Of a stretch of DNA of 38,571 nucleotides, positions 36,328 through 38,571 are shown piece by piece. Position 1 is the stretch's first letter. Every line of letters begins with the position of its first letter. The position numbers and the translations under genes are program-made. Below the pieces are notes generated by a model. It had not been told where the DNA came from. It saw only the letters and a program-made list of their open reading frames with translations, and did no database searches. The stretch comes from a virus (taxonomy: Duplodnaviria; Caudoviricetes): the IMG/VR virus record IMGVR_UViG_3300028557_002246, positions 1 through 38,571 of that record; one strand, 5' to 3'.

Positions 36328-36486
36328 ATGGAAGATCAGGACACACAGGTCTACTGCGAGGGCTGGGATCGCTATCAGGAGGAACCCACGCACCCGGGCG
36401 TGTACTACACATTAAAACAGCGGGCAGATGGCACCCGCACAGCAGTGTGCTACTACTGCGGCCGCAAGTGGCTCACGGCGGACTGA
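36328..36486 (+). CDS. zf-CHCC zinc-finger protein (52 aa; not in the ORF track)
   Basis: MEDQDTQVYCEG...THPGVYY...AVCYYCGRKW matches the C..G..HP.VY...CxYC pattern. Confidence 0.78.
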   Translation: MEDQDTQVYCEGWDRYQEEPTHPGVYYTLKQRADGTRTAVCYYCGRKWLTAD

Positions 36487-36510
36487 CGCCCAGCATTAAA
36501 TACTGGCAAC

Positions 36511-36987
36511 ATGGACGAGCGAGACTACTACATAGAGCAGCACCGCCTGGAGCATGCCCGCAACAGCACGTTCTCGGGCAAGAGCCTGGTGCCACACATA
36601 CCAGCGATAGATCGGCTGCTGCAGCAACATGCCTGTGACACCATACTGGACTACGGCTGTGGCAAAGCTCAGTGTTGGCCCGCACAATGGCAGGGCAGAA
36701 TCACAGGTTATGATCCCGCGTACGAACCCTATAGCGTGCGACCCGTGGGCAGGTATGACATGGTGATCTGCACCGACGTCATGGAACATGTGCCTGTGTC
36801 TGCTGTGGATTGGGTGATCCAAGACATATTTGACCACAGCGGCAAGTGGGTGTATCTCAGCATCTGCACCCGTGCTTCTGGCAAGACCCTGCCCGATGGC
36901 AGCAACAAGCATGTGACCATAAGACCCAGCAGTTGGTGGGATCTGAGATTGGCGGCACATGATCGCTGCACCGTGGTATACAGCTAG
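36511..36987 (+). CDS. Class I SAM-dependent methyltransferase
   Basis: ILDYGCGK, GYDP, YDMVICTDVMEHVP, H.TI...WW. Confidence 0.85.
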   Translation: MDERDYYIEQHRLEHARNSTFSGKSLVPHIPAIDRLLQQHACDTILDYGCGKAQCWPAQWQGRITGYDPAYEPYSVRPVGRYDMVICTDVMEHVPVSAVDWVIQDIFDHSGKWVYLSICTRASGKTLPDGSNKHVTIRPSSWWDLRLAAHDRCTVVYS

Positions 36988-37002
36988 CAAAAAAACACAG
37001 CA

Positions 37003-37037
37003 GCAAATTTTTTAAATCTGAGAAACACTGGGGTGTG
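37003..37037 (+). repeat. Direct repeat copy 1 (35 bp)
   Basis: GCAAATTTT-N7-TGAGAAACACTGGGGTGTG. Confidence 0.8.
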
Positions 37038-37052
37038 TATCTGCCCTGGAGT

Positions 37053-37277
37053 CTACTTGCAATCGCAGTGTTCGAACCAGGCACCCAGATGTGCAAATCC
37101 CATGGCCAGCCACATGAAAAACATCCCTGTAAAATGTGATTGATCATGGCCGTGCCCATGATGATTGTGATGACAGATTGCTTCTGAACAATTCAAGTAA
37201 TAAGTGACTGCTGCTGCTGCAAAAAATACCGGTGTCCAAATCTTGTTATAATGTTTGATCATTTTACCAATGTGCAT
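37053..37277 (-). CDS. Small His-rich two-helix membrane protein
   Basis: TM-CHHNHHGHGHDQSH-TM-HCDCK; TAAGTA box 4 nt upstream. Confidence 0.65.
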   Translation of the reverse strand: MHIGKMIKHYNKIWTPVFFAAAAVTYYLNCSEAICHHNHHGHGHDQSHFTGMFFMWLAMGFAHLGAWFEHCDCK

Positions 37278-37340
37278 GCTGTACTTATACAGTTGGCTGT
37301 GTGTGTGACCCTATACAGCAGTGGGTGTGTTGGCAGCTGT

Positions 37341-37375
37341 GCAAATTTTCCAAAAATGAGAAACACTGGGGTGTG
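37341..37375 (+). repeat. Direct repeat copy 2 (35 bp)
   Basis: GCAAATTTT-N7-TGAGAAACACTGGGGTGTG; 19-bp core identical to copy 1. Confidence 0.8.
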
Positions 37376-37634
37376 GTCACTTTTGGCGTGTATACAGAAT
37401 CGGGGCACTGCTGGGTAAAGGTAGTTGCTGCGTTTTTTTTAATATGGGGGTATTTTAGCATCCACCAGGTGATTTTTACACCATGGGGCTTACAAAATAC
37501 AAAAAATGCTTTTTATAAAAAAATGCTATGCGACCAGGCCTCCGATCGAATCAATTCAGAAACGATTACCAACCCGGAGACCGGAGCCACTCGTCACTCG
37601 TAATCTTCCTCAACAGAACGGACCCGTTGTCACG

Positions 37635-37660
37635 GCCCAGGGTGGAGATCCGCCCTGGGC
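37635..37660. other. GC-rich hairpin in the non-coding region
   Basis: GCCCAGGGTGG-AGAT-CCGCCCTGGGC. Confidence 0.55.
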
Positions 37661-37937
37661 ACCACTCTGGATTGCGTAGGGGGTCGACCACCCTGCCCCC
37701 TAGGGGCCACCACCGGCACACTGAGCACACACAGTCCCCAAAGAAAAACCCTGCGTTTCGGCAAGATCAACCCTGTGGTAATCGGCGCGGTTGTTGACCA
37801 ACCATGCGGCCGGTGAGGCGGGGTCGGGCGGCAGACTACATCCAGTGGTAGAGCGGGAGACGGAGCCCTGTGGTTACGGCATGGCTCAGAGTGATCGCCG
37901 GTGTGATAGAGGCGGTGAAGTCCGCGCGGGTCCGGTG

Positions 37938-38072
37938 CTAGATCGTGTGGTAGAGCGGTTCCAGTATCCGCGGTGAACGATCGGGCCCACAGCGGGGGGT
38001 GTCCAGGGCATGGGCGATCAGGGTGACGGCGATGATCACCATGAGCAGGAATACACAGTCCAAGCGGTCCAT
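37938..38072 (-). CDS. 44-aa membrane micro-protein (not in the ORF track)
   Basis: MDRLDCVFLLMVIIAVTLIAHALDTP...; TAATTA box 5 nt upstream. Confidence 0.5.
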   Translation of the reverse strand: MDRLDCVFLLMVIIAVTLIAHALDTPRCGPDRSPRILEPLYHTI

Positions 38073-38090
38073 GCTGTTAATTATCCGGGG

Positions 38091-38180
38091 TCATAAAGGC
38101 CACATCAGGATCAGGGCCAGGGTCACTGTGATGGCATAGATCACTGCCATGATCAAGATGGCTCGGTCCGTGCGGTGCAT
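38091..38180 (-). CDS. 29-aa hydrophobic micro-protein (not in the ORF track)
   Basis: MHRTDRAILIMAVIYAITVTLALILMWPL; TAATG-coupled to the upstream ORF. Confidence 0.45.
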   Translation of the reverse strand: MHRTDRAILIMAVIYAITVTLALILMWPL

Positions 38181-38398
38181 TAGATCTTGGCGGGGTCTCT
38201 GCGGATGTGTCCCACCACTGTGCCCGCATGCTCGCCCTCTCGGATGGTGTAGCCCGAGGTTCCGTTGCCGTTGATCTCCACTTCTCGGCGGGCTCGTACA
38301 ATGGCCCTGTCCGAGGCCTCTTGCTTGAGCTGCTCCGTGTGCTTCTCCAGCATTCGCTTGTTGATGTCTATGGTCATGTGTTCGTCCTTCTTAGTCAT
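38180..38398 (-). CDS. Hypothetical protein (72 aa)
   Basis: Natural-looking ORF with a TAAATA box at 38428-38433. Confidence 0.55.
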   Translation of the reverse strand: MTKKDEHMTIDINKRMLEKHTEQLKQEASDRAIVRARREVEINGNGTSGYTIREGEHAGTVVGHIRRDPAKI

Positions 38399-38571
38399 GC
38401 AAGACCTGCATAGCAGGCCTGCGTTGTTATTTATAGCATAGCATGAAAGGGGGTGCTAGAACGACCTCTATGCTGGCATGGACTGTGCGACTACAGGCAC
38501 GAGCACGACATAGGCTTGGTGGTGGGTCAAATGCTCTCTAACAAATGCTTGGGCATCTTCAAGTGTGTAGA

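Noticed and set aside
37003-37375. CRISPR array from the 35-bp repeats
   Set aside because: Only two copies, separated by ~300 bp containing a gene; no cas genes.
37845-37958. GTGGTAGAGCGG occurring twice (37845, 37947), resembling a tRNA D-arm
   Set aside because: No acceptor stem, anticodon arm or T-arm can be built around either copy.
33894-38413. Numerous overlapping alternative-frame ORFs in the GC-rich tail (e.g. 33894, 35635, 36294, 36496, 37301, 37528, 37791)
   Set aside because: Shadow ORFs expected at high GC; no motifs, SD or promoter box, and most overlap better-supported genes.
1-38571. Bacterial chromosome origin (clpP, nth, cspA, MFS, asnB present)
   Set aside because: UvsW, gp41/gp61-type helicase-primase, late-type promoter boxes, many micro-ORFs and the absence of normal operon contexts (e.g. 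tig-clpP-clpX, suf) point to a phage.
1-38571. Stop-codon reassignment
   Set aside because: Recognisable genes are uninterrupted under the standard code and no suppressor tRNA is present.

Overview
A densely packed segment of a large dsDNA tailed-phage genome (T4-like replication genes; the host is probably an alphaproteobacterium, inferred from pcyX/hemO, zf-CHCC and SufT-type genes). From left to right: (1) 1-5.1 kb, a glycan-modification operon (two KpsS-like proteins, an AsnB amidotransferase, a DxD glycosyltransferase, a Maf/DUF115-like transferase). (2) 5.5-17 kb, a replication/repair module: UvsW helicase, possible gp62 clamp-loader subunit, primase, gp41/DnaB helicase, endonuclease III and two different PHP-less family-C (DnaE) polymerase genes, one only 188 aa. 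(3) 17-23.5 kb, a cluster of four radical SAM enzymes with SDR, sulfotransferase-like and SGNH genes. (4) Two tRNAs (Ala-GGC and an unusual Thr-GGT). (5) 23.7-31.9 kb, an iron/heme/transport island: FTR1, SufT, porin, PcyX, MFS transporter, heme oxygenase, a fifth radical SAM enzyme and ClpP. (6) An AT-rich PP-loop gene pair. (7) A GC-rich tail of small genes (CspA, zf-CHCC, methyltransferase, micro-membrane proteins) with a direct-repeat-flanked gene and a structured non-coding stretch. Two promoter classes recur: sigma70-type with extended -10, and a TAA(A/G/T)TA box 4-9 nt before start codons. All calls come from motif recognition by eye; no searches were run.
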